Source: Haliotis rufescens
Lineage: Eukaryota
Assembly (NCBI RefSeq): GCF_023055435.1
Contig: NW_025963802.1
Span: 3,472,001 to 3,536,000 of the forward strand
Direction of reading: 5' to 3'
Length of the DNA stretch: 64,000 nt
The notes under the pieces were generated by a model, which worked only from the letters and a program-made list of their open reading frames with translations, ran no database searches and was not told the DNA's origin. This document shows, in pieces, positions 49,856-61,890 of this stretch; position 1 is the stretch's first letter; each line of letters starts with the position of its first letter. The position numbers and the translations under genes were made by a program.

Positions 49856-50889
49856 CTCCCTCACCTACCCAAACCCAAACAGACGCACGCGCGCACGCAC
49901 ACATACAAGAACGTGCATATACACTCACACACACACACATTTCCGACTCTCCTTTCAGAGCGAATCAATCGCCTTACTTAGTCTGACACCACTTTCTGAA
50001 CCATAGTACAAGCCGATGGAACTGATCACAATGTTACACCACGAATACAATGTTAATTGCAGACATTGGTCACGGCCATACACTGAAGCCACGAGAATAG
50101 ATTAGCATAGATACTGTATGATCTACAGTGATGTCGTAATCAACTCACTTCAACCAAAGTTGCTGGAACTACTAACTGGTATGAGGACACACCCCCTTTT
50201 TATAAACATTATATGCTACACACACAATACGAGGTGTCAGGCGCTCTACCGAGATATGTAAACATGTGGGTCCGAATTCATTGGCCTCCATAACCTTGAC
50301 CTCATACAGTCCGGAAGGGACTGTCACTGAACACAAGCTGGTCATCAAGGACAGGTCAGTTGCCGTACCATCGCCGTATTGACCACAAGCCTTGGACAGC
50401 CAACCACTGAAACTGACAGGTAAATGATGTTGCCCACTGTTTTAATCCGTGGTACGCCCGTACAGGTAGCAATGACAGGTTATTCCAGTCCGTCTTGTAG
50501 GTAATGGAAAGTGGTGACGAATGTTTGACAGGTGCGATTGACCACCGAATAGTAGACATTTTTCCTTGGTCTTGTCTTGTCTTGTCTTGTCAAATAATGA
50601 CAAACAATACATTCGGTTCATTAGAAGTTGCTCTGTTCAACCAGAGTGTTTTTATATTGCGTAGTAAGAACAAATTGCCTTCATCACGATGTTAACATAA
50701 GATCATGTTTACACATATACAATGGTATATGTACCATTGCAACTTTGTTGTATCTGGGCGTGTGGCTTTGGTAAAGTGAACAATGAAATTGCATTGAAAT
50801 AACTGACCATCGAATAGCAGACACTTCTCAGCACCGAGACATTGGGTTATATAGTGGAAAGTTTAACTGCTTGAAAATGCCTGCATTCA

Positions 50890-51178
50890 GTGAGTGAGTG
50901 AGTGAGTGAGTGAGTGAGTGAGTTGGGTTTAACGCCGCTTTTAACAGTATTCCAGTTATATCACGGCGTGTCAGCTCAATGTGGGAGGAAAGCCCGAAGT
51001 GATGCAGGTCTCAGACGTTTACCACTTCGGTGAAACCCACGAGCACGGGTATGGTGCTGACAAACCTAGAAGCATAATCGGGTCGAACCGGGATTCGAAC
51101 CCACAATCATAGGATTCTGGCGTGCCCTAGAGACGCAACTCTGCACAGCGAATCGCGGCGCCTTAGACGACTGGGCCA
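50890..51178 (-). mobile_element. SINE family A
   Basis: Near-identical to 35747-36020. Confidence 0.92.
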
Positions 51179-51436
51179 CAAATACCTCGACGTACACATG
51201 TATGTCGGAGGTTTGAATGTGAGCATGTCTATTGTTCCTTTCTCTGTTGGTTGTTATGGCAGCTCACAGCATTACTCGGTATTCATGTTTTGACGATGGA
51301 GATGAGGTGGTCGCTATGCGTGCATCGCCACGCTGGAACCGCTCATTCTTTCAGCCACTGGTTTGCCCGCCTGAGATCATCTACAGATCGATCAAGCTGT
51401 ACTACAACTGACGGCAAACAATATTCAGCAGCTCAT

Positions 51437-52200
51437 CCAACAACATCAACTCACTCACTAACCGGAGAAAGACATCCACTCACTCACTCATATGAAGAAC
51501 AACATCCACTCACTCACTCACCAGCTCTACTAACAACATCCACTCACTCACTCATCAACTCTACTAACAACTTCCACTCACTCACTCATCAACTCTACTA
51601 ACAACATCCACTCACTCACTCATCAACTCTACTAACATCCACTCACTCACTCATCAACTCTACTAACAACATCCACTCACTCACTCATCAACTCTACTAA
51701 CAACATCCACTCACTCACTCATCAACTCTACTAACAACATCCACTCACTCACTCATCAACTCTACTAACAACATCCACTCACTCACTCATCAACTCTTCT
51801 AACAACATCCACTCACTCACTCATCAACTCTACTAACAACATCCACTCACTCACTCATCAACTCTACTAACAACATCCACTCACTCACTCATCAACTCTA
51901 CTAACAACATCCACTCACTCACTCACCAGCTCTACTAACAACATCCACTCACTCACTCACCAGCTCTACTAACAACATCCACTCACTCACTCATCAACTC
52001 TACTAACAACATCCACTCACTCACTCACCAGCTCAACTAACAACATCCACTCACTCACACACCAGCTCTACTACACAACATCCACTCACTCACTCACCAG
52101 CTCTACTACACAACATCCACTCACTCACTCATCAACTCTACTAACAACATCCACTCACTCACTCTCTGGCTCGAAGAACAACGTCCACTCACTCACTCAT
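51437..52200. repeat. 34-bp minisatellite, about 22 copies
   Basis: Unit AACAACATCCACTCACTCACTCATCAACTCTACT. Confidence 0.95.
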
Positions 52201-52205
52201 TAGCT

Positions 52206-52392
52206 CATCTATCCGCGAAAAGGTTAACTGACTATAAAAGTCCAGTTTCCACCCTTGCCGAACTAGGCTGGAATTATGGAGTTACATTTTGGCTTGACTA
52301 ACGAGTCTATGCAGCCCAGAAGTCCAGCCTAGTTCGGCAAAGGTGGAAACTGGACTTTTACAGTCAGTTGACTCCCTTGCCTCGGGAAGATG
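52206..52392 (-). mobile_element. MITE family M, internally deleted copy
   Basis: Both TIRs present (AAAAGTCCAGTTTCCACCCTTGCCGAACTAGGCTGG and its complement, ending GGGAAGATG). Degenerate 9-bp TSD TCATTAGCT / TCACCAGCT. Confidence 0.85.
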
Positions 52393-52924
52393 TCACCAGC
52401 TCGAAGAACAACATTTGCTCGATTCTTTTTGCCCCCGGTGCAATTTTAAAGTACAAATAAAGTTCCTTTCCGTCGATCCTTTGATTATCTGATCTTGATT
52501 CATGATCGATTTATCAAATTGTCATGCATGTAATCAAACGTGTTGAAAGTTTGCTTTCCTCAGGTGGCACCTGATCAACCCCCGTAAAAGGGACGTGAGC
52601 TGGCATTGACGGATGAATTCATTTAAATTGGGAACGAGCATGAAAGAAATCGAATGACATTAAAGAATATCTGTCTTTTAAATTGAGTTAGTTATACAGT
52701 ATTTCAAAGCCGATCCTTTTGAAATATGAAAAATGAAAACAATAATCATATCACCGCGATTCGTGGGCGATCTCTCGAATCAAGGGGAAGATGCTTTATC
52801 TGTCACTGACAGACATGTCTGATCTTTCATGTCAATCTAGCTGTGTTGAGAGTGTTGATTAGGAATCATTCAAGGAATGGACAATGTTGACCTTCAGTCT
52901 AACGTAACAATATCTTATTTTCGT

Positions 52925-53417
52925 TAACAAACCTGATCTTGTCCTTTTTGATAAATCCAATGAAATCAATTATAGCATTGAATTTTCTGTCCCCTTTGAC
53001 ACTAATGTGATTGACAAGATTGAGGAAAAACATGGCAAATATGCGGACCTCGCTTTTGAAATATCACGCTGGTATCCCAAGTACCAAGTTGTCCGACTCC
53101 CCATTGTTCTCGGTGCCTTAGGTTTGGTACCTCCCAATCTGTTGAATGACATTGGGAGAGGAATACAACCCTTCTGACAATCTGGGTAATGCAGAAGGCT
53201 GCAGTGTTGGGGAGTCTTCACATTCTCCGAAAAGTTCTGGGTGGGTTTGACTAGGCAGCGTTTCCCTGGAGAAGTCCCATTCGCTGTCTGGGCTGCGTGT
53301 GGAGGGGGCAAGGGCCCTGAGCTGATGATGAGCCTAACCAGCCTGACTGTGCCATTATCACCCAAACCCTCTTTGCTGCATTTTTTATTTTAATCTGTAA
53401 ATATTAATAATAATATA
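52925..53417 (+). mobile_element. R4/Dong-like non-LTR element, short 3' copy (restriction-like endonuclease and 3' UTR)
   Basis: NKPDLVLFDKSNEINYSIEFSVPFDTNVIDKIEEKHGKYADLAFEISRWYPKYQVVRLPIVLGALGLVP fits the PD..D...E..P......K..KY RLE pattern. Ends in TAATAATAAT. Confidence 0.85.
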
Positions 53418-53419
53418 AA

Positions 53420-55295
53420 AGAGGGAGGATCAGTCAGTTTACTTAGGGAGGAGTTATTGACAATATCGTGGAAGGTCAGGCCTATACGTACTTAGGGGTG
53501 CAGATTAGGGACAAACTCCAGAATGCCCATATCAAGGACAAACTTCGTGCAGAGTACAAATGTAGACTTAAGAAAATCTGGTGTTCAGAGCTGAACGCTC
53601 GAAACAAAGTCAAAGCCACTAATACTTATGCTGTGCCCTTCCTTTTGTATTCTTTTGGTGCTGTTGATTGGACGAAACAAGAAATTCGGGGTATTGGCAC
53701 CCTCACACGAAGAATCATGTCAGACAATAGATCCCACCACCCTCGCTCTTCCCTCAATCTCTTATATTTACCAATCATTATGGGAGGGCGTGGTTTGATA
53801 AACGTTGGGGCTCTTCATGATAGAAGTCTGTTGTGCACTGTTGCACACATTTATTTGTCTGATGATCCTCTTGTGAAGCATGTCAAGACTCATGATGAAA
53901 ACAAGGCATTCCACAGTTTACTTTAACGAGCCAAGGGTTTGGGACATGATCTCAATGTCAATGTTAATTTTGTTGATGGTTCTGTACTGCTGGACGGTAC
54001 AGAAATGAGTGTAAACCAAGCGAAGTGCCATATCAAATCGGCTCCTGTTTCAGGAGAGGCTATCTTAACGATCACTGCATTGCGTTTATTTGCGGTGTGT
54101 TGAGAAGATCAAGTCCTTCGCTTGGATAAAGTCGGCTGGCCTGAAAAGTGAAACAGACATCTTCCCTTTGAAAGTCCAGTTTCCACACTTGCCGAACTAG
54201 GCTGGAAATCCTGGGCTCGATCGTAGCGCCACCAGTGGCTATTACCAGTTAAGCATCTCCTATGGACCAATCAGATTCCACCTGTCGTATCACTAGCGTT
54301 TGTTTCACACAAAATGGTGGTCCCAGTCAGGACGAATTGATCGATAATCAAGATCTATATTGTGATAAAACGGGTCTTACATCGCGAAATGCATTAAATC
54401 ACGTGAGCACCTTTTATTAAAAAGATTTGGAAAATATCTGCTGACAAGTTGGCGGTGCACATGTTTTGCAAATCCTGCAATCGACCGAAACCTGGGCGAC
54501 AGTTTACGAACCGGATTTCGATTTCGGTGCGCGATTTTAATTGGACTATGCATAGACCCGTTATTCAAGCCAAAATGTAACTCCATAATACCAGCCTAGT
54601 TCGGCAAGGGTGGAAACTGGACTTTTATAGTCAGTGAACTCTCTTGCCTCGGGAAGATGTGAAACAGATGTCTTTCTGTTTGCTGCTCAGGACCAGTAAC
54701 TTTCGACTCGAAACCGTCAATGTGTGAGTTAACATCCAAATGTAAAACGTAGAATATGCAATGAATTTAATGAGACTACCCAACAGTGGATGCCCAGCTT
54801 TGGCACAAATACAGTAACTAAAGCGACATGATGGAGTGGCTCAATCCTTTTATTGCCGTCTTCGCCATGCTTGTGGTTTTGACATAGAGGTCCATCCATG
54901 GTTTGACTCAGAATAAGTAGAGGGCGTCATGGAAAATGATAAATACAACATTCTTTGGAATAGGCCCGTATACAGCATCAGATCAATCCAGGCCAACGAA
55001 CCTGATCTTGTCCTTTTTGATAAATGTAATGAAATCATTTATATCATTGAACTTTCTGCCCCTTTTGGCACTTATGTGATTGACAATATTCAGATTTGGT
55101 ACCTCCCAATCTGTTGTCTGACTTTGGGAGAGTACCCGGTATGCTACCAGGAATACGGCCCTTCTGACAATCTGAGTAATGAAGAAGGCTGTAGTGTTTG
55201 GGAGTCTTCACATTCTCTGAAAAGTTATGGGTGGGTTCGACTAGACGGCGCGTCCTGAGAGAAGTCCCATTCACTGTCTGTCGCTATATAATAAT
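53420..55295 (+). mobile_element. R4/Dong-like non-LTR element, longer 5'-truncated copy (late RT to RLE), interrupted by a MITE
   Basis: YTYLGV..EYKCRLKKIWCSELNARNKVKATNTYAVP...HPRSSLNLLYLP..GGRGL, WIKSAGLKSET|DVFLFAAQDQ, RHDGVA and ILWNRPV..ANEPDLVLFDK...IELSAP. Confidence 0.88.
54158..54659 (+). mobile_element. MITE family M, near-complete copy with a perfect 9-bp TSD
   Basis: Termini CATCTTCCC...GGGAAGATG. TSD TGAAACAGA at 54149-54157 and 54660-54668. Excision restores the LINE frame S-E-T-D-V-F. Confidence 0.92.
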
Positions 55296-56224
55296 ATATC
55301 ACCTGTAATGATAAGGATAATAAACAATAGATATTTGTAATGCGCAATAGTCCATCCGTTGAGGCATGCTCAAAGTGCCAACACAATTATAGCTCCGGTC
55401 AATGGATCAGTATACACCTCATCAAGTACATGGCTTGTCAAACAAACCCATCTAATAATAACATGGTCTAACGGATATGTATTACAAAATACATCGTGGC
55501 TTTGGACAGCAAGTGTTGATTGGGACCATCGTTAACGTTTGTATGCGCAGCATGCATAACGCACATCAGCAGACGGTAGCCCAGTCTACCAAAATAATTG
55601 CTGTGCGGAGCGGAGAGACAGGCAGAAACAATAGGGCACTTAACACGTTTCAGTTGCTCCAGGAAGAGCCAGGAATAGGTTGCAGATGCAGCACTAAGCA
55701 GACCATGACCCACCAGTGGACGGGCCTCGGGACAACATCATGTGTACGTCCGTGTTTACTCCCAAGTGCATCCTTTCACAGTGGTGATACTTAATTACAG
55801 TCTAACCCGAAAAATCAAAGGTAATGTGTCCCATGCAACGTGTTAATACTTGGAATGTTTGTTGAATCGATGAAAAGTCAGCAAAGTGACCCAATGGCTC
55901 AAGTTCAAAGAGTCTTTGATGTATTGACGAGAAGATTGACTATCTATTTTCATCCTACCTTATGCACTGCGCTGAAAAGAGTTTTGGCCACTTTTTAAGT
56001 ACTTTATTTAAGGATTGTAGGGCTGGTGATCGAAATTAAAATGATTTCAAAAACATGTCTCTTTAAAAGTGAATTCAGAAAAGAGTTGCTGTCAGTGCTC
56101 CCAGGTCACCACTTTCAGGCAGTCTTTCTTCAGTCTAAAACAAATTAGTTTTATTATTTCGTGATATTTTTAGGATAAGCCCTATTATTGTGGAGCAACT
56201 GATTTTTATCAAAAGTATCTCATC

Positions 56225-56880
56225 TCCACTGGTTTCAATAGAAAATTCTGGACCACTTCCTACCTACTAATAATATGTTATTCAAAATGGGATATGTAGA
56301 CAGCAATATATGTAGCCTTTGTGACACACACATAGAAACGACTGAACATTTGTTTTGGGATTGCATCAAAGTAAAAACGATCTGGACAGCACTTGAACTT
56401 TGGCTAAATGCCAGCGCTCATATCAAAACAAAATCACCAAACAACATGTTTTGCTTGGATACCAATTCAGAAGTAATGACCCATTACATCATAGAATTAT
56501 TCTTTGTAAAAACTTTATTTTTTCACGTAAAGACACAAAGCATATTCCATCGTTCCAGATTTTCCAGAATCAACTGAAGCAGTATTACTTTATGTCCTAA
56601 TACACAGCACTTATGAGTGGGACAGATTCTATAAATATCGGTCATCATGCCATACAATGTTTTTGTGACAAGAAAGTCATTGTTTTTTGTTTTGCAAAAA
56701 CAATATGAAATGCAACAAATAAAACATTATTTAAAAAATTGATATCGGCATGGCCACGTTTCAGAAACAGACTGATTGCATCACACACTCTGAGCAAACA
56801 ATGTTTTTGTAACATGGAAGTCATTGTTATGTTTTGTGAAAACAATATGAAATGTAACAAATAAAAAAAATGTAAAAAAC
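56225..56880 (+). mobile_element. Tx1/L1-like LINE 3' end (zf-RVT) with a duplicated polyA end
   Basis: WFQ*KILDHFLPTNNMLFKMGYVDSNICSLCDTHIETTEHLFWDCIKVKTIW. The roughly 85-bp block ending AATAAA plus an A-tract occurs twice (about 56654 and 56799). Confidence 0.8.
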
Positions 56881-57899
56881 AATTATCCCTAGAGTCCCCA
56901 TAATATCTCCCAACTCCATGAATAGCAAATTTCCGGTGCCTCAGTTAACGACCGTATTTGCACTTGCCCAGTCCTGTGACATCAGTCATAATCGGACCAT
57001 GTTGTTTCCAGTTTGTTTGCAGGAGCTTTATTGTGACAGAAACATTAATATATGTCGCTGTAACACTCGGGAATATTTTATTCAGATAACTGAAAATGTC
57101 GTTATACCAGCTGTTATAGTAATGGGTAATACGTTTGAGTGGGTAAATATATAAATATGGTAAACAACCTGGATGTACATTACGAGTACCGTGCTCTCAT
57201 TTCTCACACGAGTGTGATGGAGATTTGAATACAGAGATGTGAACATTTATTTAAGTTAAGCGATATTTCATGGATGCCAGATGGCTTCGACACTAGAACG
57301 TAACTGGAAATGCAGAATTGTCATGAAGCCTGTGTTCAGTTCTTTCAGCAGCATCCACTAGGGCAGTCAGGTAGCCCAGTAGTTAGGGCGTACGCTACTC
57401 CCGCTGACGACCCAGGTTCGATTCTTGGCATACGTAATCAGTGGCGCCCATTCATTGTTGATACAGATTCCGCGACACGACATCGACAACGGACGGTTAT
57501 CTGTTTGATAGCTCGAGAAGTTTAATTTCATTTAGAAGTTTTGGATTAAACATGTGAGGTAAGCTGTCATTACATCATGACAGCACCAACAACCATATCG
57601 ACAACAACGACCACACCGTCCAACATGACGACACACTTAATGTAGTCCCCGCTGTAGTATTCGCCACTGTATCTACCTCGTCATACGATGGGGAACAAAA
57701 AGCCGAACAGATTTAGACAGGCAGACAGACAGACAGATATTAGATAAAGTCTCGCCTCAACGTTTGATACATAAAGTTATACACATCCATTCTTAACAGA
57801 AAATTGACCCATTCCAAGCGGAATTGCGAGAAACTGTTATCCCCAAAACAAACTTTGAATTTAGGGTATCAGATAAAACCCTAAACAATTACAATAAAA

Positions 57900-58215
57900 T
57901 ATACATTAAGTGGGAAAATATAAATTGGCAGCACGTTTTTTAAAGATATTATGGCATGTTTTGGCAGTTAAAAAGGGCAGTTCGGGGTTTGACTGTATAA
58001 AACTAACCTCATCTTTATCGTTAAAGGACATAAAATCTTCTTCAAATTGGACACATTTGTTAAAAAGGTTACAACGTTCAACAGTGATATGATGAGCATT
58101 GCTGTTAAACATGACATTCACCTTCAATAAAATCTTTACAATAGTAACATTTTTTTCAGATAAAGGATATCCATCATATCTGGCAGTTTAGCGGTTACAC
58201 CAAAGACACTCTACA
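57900..58215 (-). mobile_element. Decayed LINE ORF2 C-terminal fragment (RTEX/L2-like)
   Basis: Across frameshifts: TARYDGYPLSEK/CYYCKDFIEGECHV/RCNLFNKCVQFEEDFMSFNDKDEVSFIQSN..TAKTCHNIFKKR (CCHC finger region). Confidence 0.6.
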
Positions 58216-58761
58216 ACTGCAACAACAGCACCAGAAACAACGTGGAAGCGACGTTAGTGAGTTATCCCTTAAATGTGTGGCAAAGGAATAAGACACGAAA
58301 CAAATTAATAAACTGGCGTCCAATATTGAAGGTGTTTTGTCTCCGACTCTTGACGCATAAACCACTTCCTGGCCAATTAATCGCCCCTTTCAGATTGGGA
58401 GATTGAAATTTTGGAATTTATTTTCAGCTAAGTAATTGCATGTGGGACTACAATTCATTCCTTATCTTGCAAATTATGTATACTTGAACCAATCCAACTT
58501 CCCCGATGCCATGTGCCCGTCGTTTCAATCATTACTTAATGCATTTTTCAGTAGTCTTTTCCGCATTCTTTTTAATATTGTTGGCAGTGTAGATGCAGAC
58601 ATGCCTAATTAGACAGACTCACTGTATACTGGATTCCAGAATAACAGATTAAACTGAACGAAGACATGCAGATGAAAACACTCAGTATGAAGGAGTCTGG
58701 AGACCTGGCCATTTGCGTACAGCTAGTGTCATCCTCGAGAGTGTGTTTCAGAGCACTAAAG

Positions 58762-59079
58762 GAGTGTGAGTGAGTGAGTGAGTGAGTGGGTGAGTGAGTG
58801 AGTATGTAAGTGAGTGAGTGAAAAGATGAGTGAAAGGGTGAGTGAAAGAGTGAGTGAGTGAGTGAAAGGGTGATTGAGTGAGTGAAAGGGTGATTGAGTG
58901 AGTGAAAGGGTGATTGAGTGAGTGAAAGGGTGAGTGAAAGGGTGAGTGAAAGGGTGAGTGAGTGAGTGAAAGAAAGGACGAGTGAGTGAAAGGGTGAGTT
59001 AGTGAAAGGGTGAGTGAAAGGGTGAGTGAGTGAAAGGGTGAGTGAAAGGGTGAGTGAAAGGGTGAGTGAGTGAGTGAGT
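58762..59079. repeat. Compound (GAGT)n / GAGTGAAAGGGT repeat
   Basis: Direct reading. Confidence 0.92.
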
Positions 59080-60059
59080 GGCATTTTTTAAGAACATGGA
59101 ATGACTCCTCGAGTTCAAGGGCATAAAAAGACATCGTCGATCAAGCCAGCCAGATGGGCAGTTTATTCCTGTCACACATTGGATGGAATACAAATACAAG
59201 AAGGTATAATTTGAGTGTTTCACGATTTGCAAACACCAGGCGCCATCACTAAATGTGTTTTCGGAAAATATAAAATATAAATGGAATCATTTAAAATACC
59301 ATCTCGTTTCAGCATTGTTTAAATAATAGATCACGCCAACATGCATGTGTGCCAACCTATTGTCTTTAGACTCGTGATAGGAGAGAGAGACGGTCTACAA
59401 ACAGTACTGATTATCTACACAACCCTGTTATTGCAAATGGTCTGTATAAACATTAATTAGATTTGCATTCGGGCATCAGCACTGAAACAAACTGAGTGAA
59501 ACTGACAATGTAATCTAGCCGTGACAACTAGGGTACTAGACTTGTGATTATCTCCGTGTTTTTGGACTCTCCTGATTACCGGTCTCTTTTTATCTGGCAG
59601 CAATCACAAAACACCGTGTTCGCACCATCACTCGTGGCTGGTTCCCAATGTTCCCGACTACAGATCTATTGCTACGTTGTTAACGGTGTTTATCAGGTTA
59701 GAGTAGTCGACGTTGTAATAACAAAGCGTCGTCGCTGCCCACGAACCCACTCATATGTCAGCCATTAGTAGGGGTAGTCAAACAACGATGAGCACCATGC
59801 TCATGGAATGTATTGCAGGTATCGGTATACATACGATAGAATCGGTTTCAACAGGGTGTGTCACTGGGAGCTACTGTTTTCTGGAACTGTACAGATAACT
59901 TGACACAAGCCTGGTAGAAGTGTAATCAGAAAACCACACCGGTGTTCGGCATGGCGTATACAGTTTCTATTATGTATTTAGTGTGAAAACATTGGATTTA
60001 TCTGAAAATGTAACATCAATATTTCCCTCGAGTGAAATAACATGTCTGAAGGACTTTCT

Positions 60060-60150
60060 GTTACTTAAGGAAGAGCATACATGGATGTCAACTTCTATAT
60101 TTTGAGGAACACAACGTTTCGGAGTATATGCTTCCTCCTTCATCAGATGA
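60060..60150 (-). ncRNA. Minimal type-I hammerhead-like motif of a Penelope-like terminal repeat
   Basis: Minus strand CTGATGA-A-GGAG-gaagcatata-CTCC-GAAAC-GTTG, followed by GAAGTTGACATCCAT, which resembles GAAGTTGTTATCCAT downstream of the 9.5 kb core. Confidence 0.6.
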
Positions 60151-60254
60151 ATGAACGCCATGAGGCAGAGAGCATATATATCTTCATGTAAGGACAACAC
60201 AATTAATAAGATAACAAAAGGTGTAAAATAACAAAGGTTAGAAGCTAACAAAGG

Positions 60255-61890
60255 AAGCCAACACTTAAGTTATCATGGCTAAGTATTAGAAGCCAAGACT
60301 TAGGTTATCATGGCTAAGTAATAGAAGCCAACACTTAGGTTATCATGGCTAAGTTATAGAAGCCAACACTTGGGTTATCATGGCTAAGTAATAGAAGCCA
60401 ACACTTAAGTTATCATGGCTAAGTAATAGAAGCCAACACTTAAGTTATCATGGCTAAGTAATAGAAGCCAACACTTAGGTTATCATGGCTAAGTAATAGA
60501 AGCCAACACTTAGGTTATCATGGCTAAGTAATAGAAGCCAACACTTAGGTTATCATGACTAAGTAATAGAAGCCAACACTTAGGTTATCATGGCTAAGTA
60601 ATAGAAGCCAACACTTAGGTTATCATGGCTAAGTAATAGAAGCCAACACTTAAGTTATCATGGCTAAGTTATAGAAGCCAACACTTAGGTTATCATGGCT
60701 AAGTTATAGAAGCCAACACTTAGGTTATCATGGCTAAGAAATAGAAGCCAACACTTAGGTTATCATGGCTAAGTAATAGAAGCCAACACTTAGGTTATCA
60801 TGGCTAAGTAATAGAAGCCAACACTTAAGTTATCATGGCTAAGTAATAGAAGCCAACACTTAAGTTATCATGGCTAAGTTATAGAAGCCAACACTTAGGT
60901 TATCATGGCTAAGTAATAGAAGCCAACACTTAGGTTATCATGGCTAAGTAATAGAAGCCAACTCTTAGGTTATCATGGCTAAGTTATAGAAGCCAACACT
61001 TAGGTTATCATGGCTAAGTTATAGAAGCCAACACTTAGGTTATCATGGCTAAGTAATAGAAGCCAACACTTAGGTTATCATGGCTAAGTAATAGAAGCCA
61101 ACACTTAGGTTATCATGGCTAAGTAATAGAAGCCAACACTTAGGTTATCATGGCTAAGTAATAGAAGCCAACACTTAGGTTATCATGGCTAAGTTATAGA
61201 CGCCAACACTTAGGTTATCATGGCTAAGTTATAGAAGCCAACACTTAGGTTATCATGGCTAAGTAATAGAAGCCAACACTTAGGTTATCATGGCTAAGTT
61301 ATAGAAGCCAACACTTAGGTTATCATGGCTAAGTAATAGAAGCCAACACTTAGGTTATCATGGCTAAGTTATAGAAGCCAACACTTAAGTTATCATGGCT
61401 AAGTAATATAAGCCAACACTTAGGTTATCATGGCTAAGTTATAGAAGCTACCACTGAGGTTATCATAGCTAAGTAATAGAAGCCAACACTTAGGTTATCA
61501 TGGCTAAGTAATAGAAGCCAACACTTAGGTTATCATGGCTAAGTAATAGAAGCCAACACTTAGGTTATCATGGCTAAGTTATAGAAGCTACCACTGAGGT
61601 TATCATAGCTAAGTAATAGAAGCCAACACTTAGGTTATCATGGCTAAGTAATAGAAGCCAACACTTAAGTTATCACAAATGAAACCCAGTTATTATCTTC
61701 AACATTCTAATTTATTTTATAAATCATAACATCGTTTAGAATATCTTGTAGAAGGCTGTCCAGTAACTCTTATCCAGTGAGCTATAACTCAAGAACTGAC
61801 ATTTATCCATCATGGCTAAGTTATAGAAGCCAACACTTAAGTTATCATGGCTAAGTGATAGAAGCCAACATTTAAATTATCATAGCTAAG
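60255..61890. repeat. 35-bp minisatellite, about 40 copies plus 2 more after an insertion
   Basis: Unit AGAAGCCAACACTTAGGTTATCATGGCTAAGTAAT, with no spacers. Confidence 0.97.
61675..61810 (-). repeat. Inverted copy of LINE segment 63168-63306 inside the minisatellite
   Basis: The reverse complement matches GAGTTATAGCTCAC.GATAAGAGTTACTGGACAGCCTTCTACAAGATATTCTAAACGATGTTATGATTTATAAAA. Confidence 0.9.

Noticed and set aside
60255-61676. CRISPR-like 35-bp palindromic repeats
   Set aside because: Units are directly adjacent with no unique spacers, there are no cas genes, and the context is eukaryotic.
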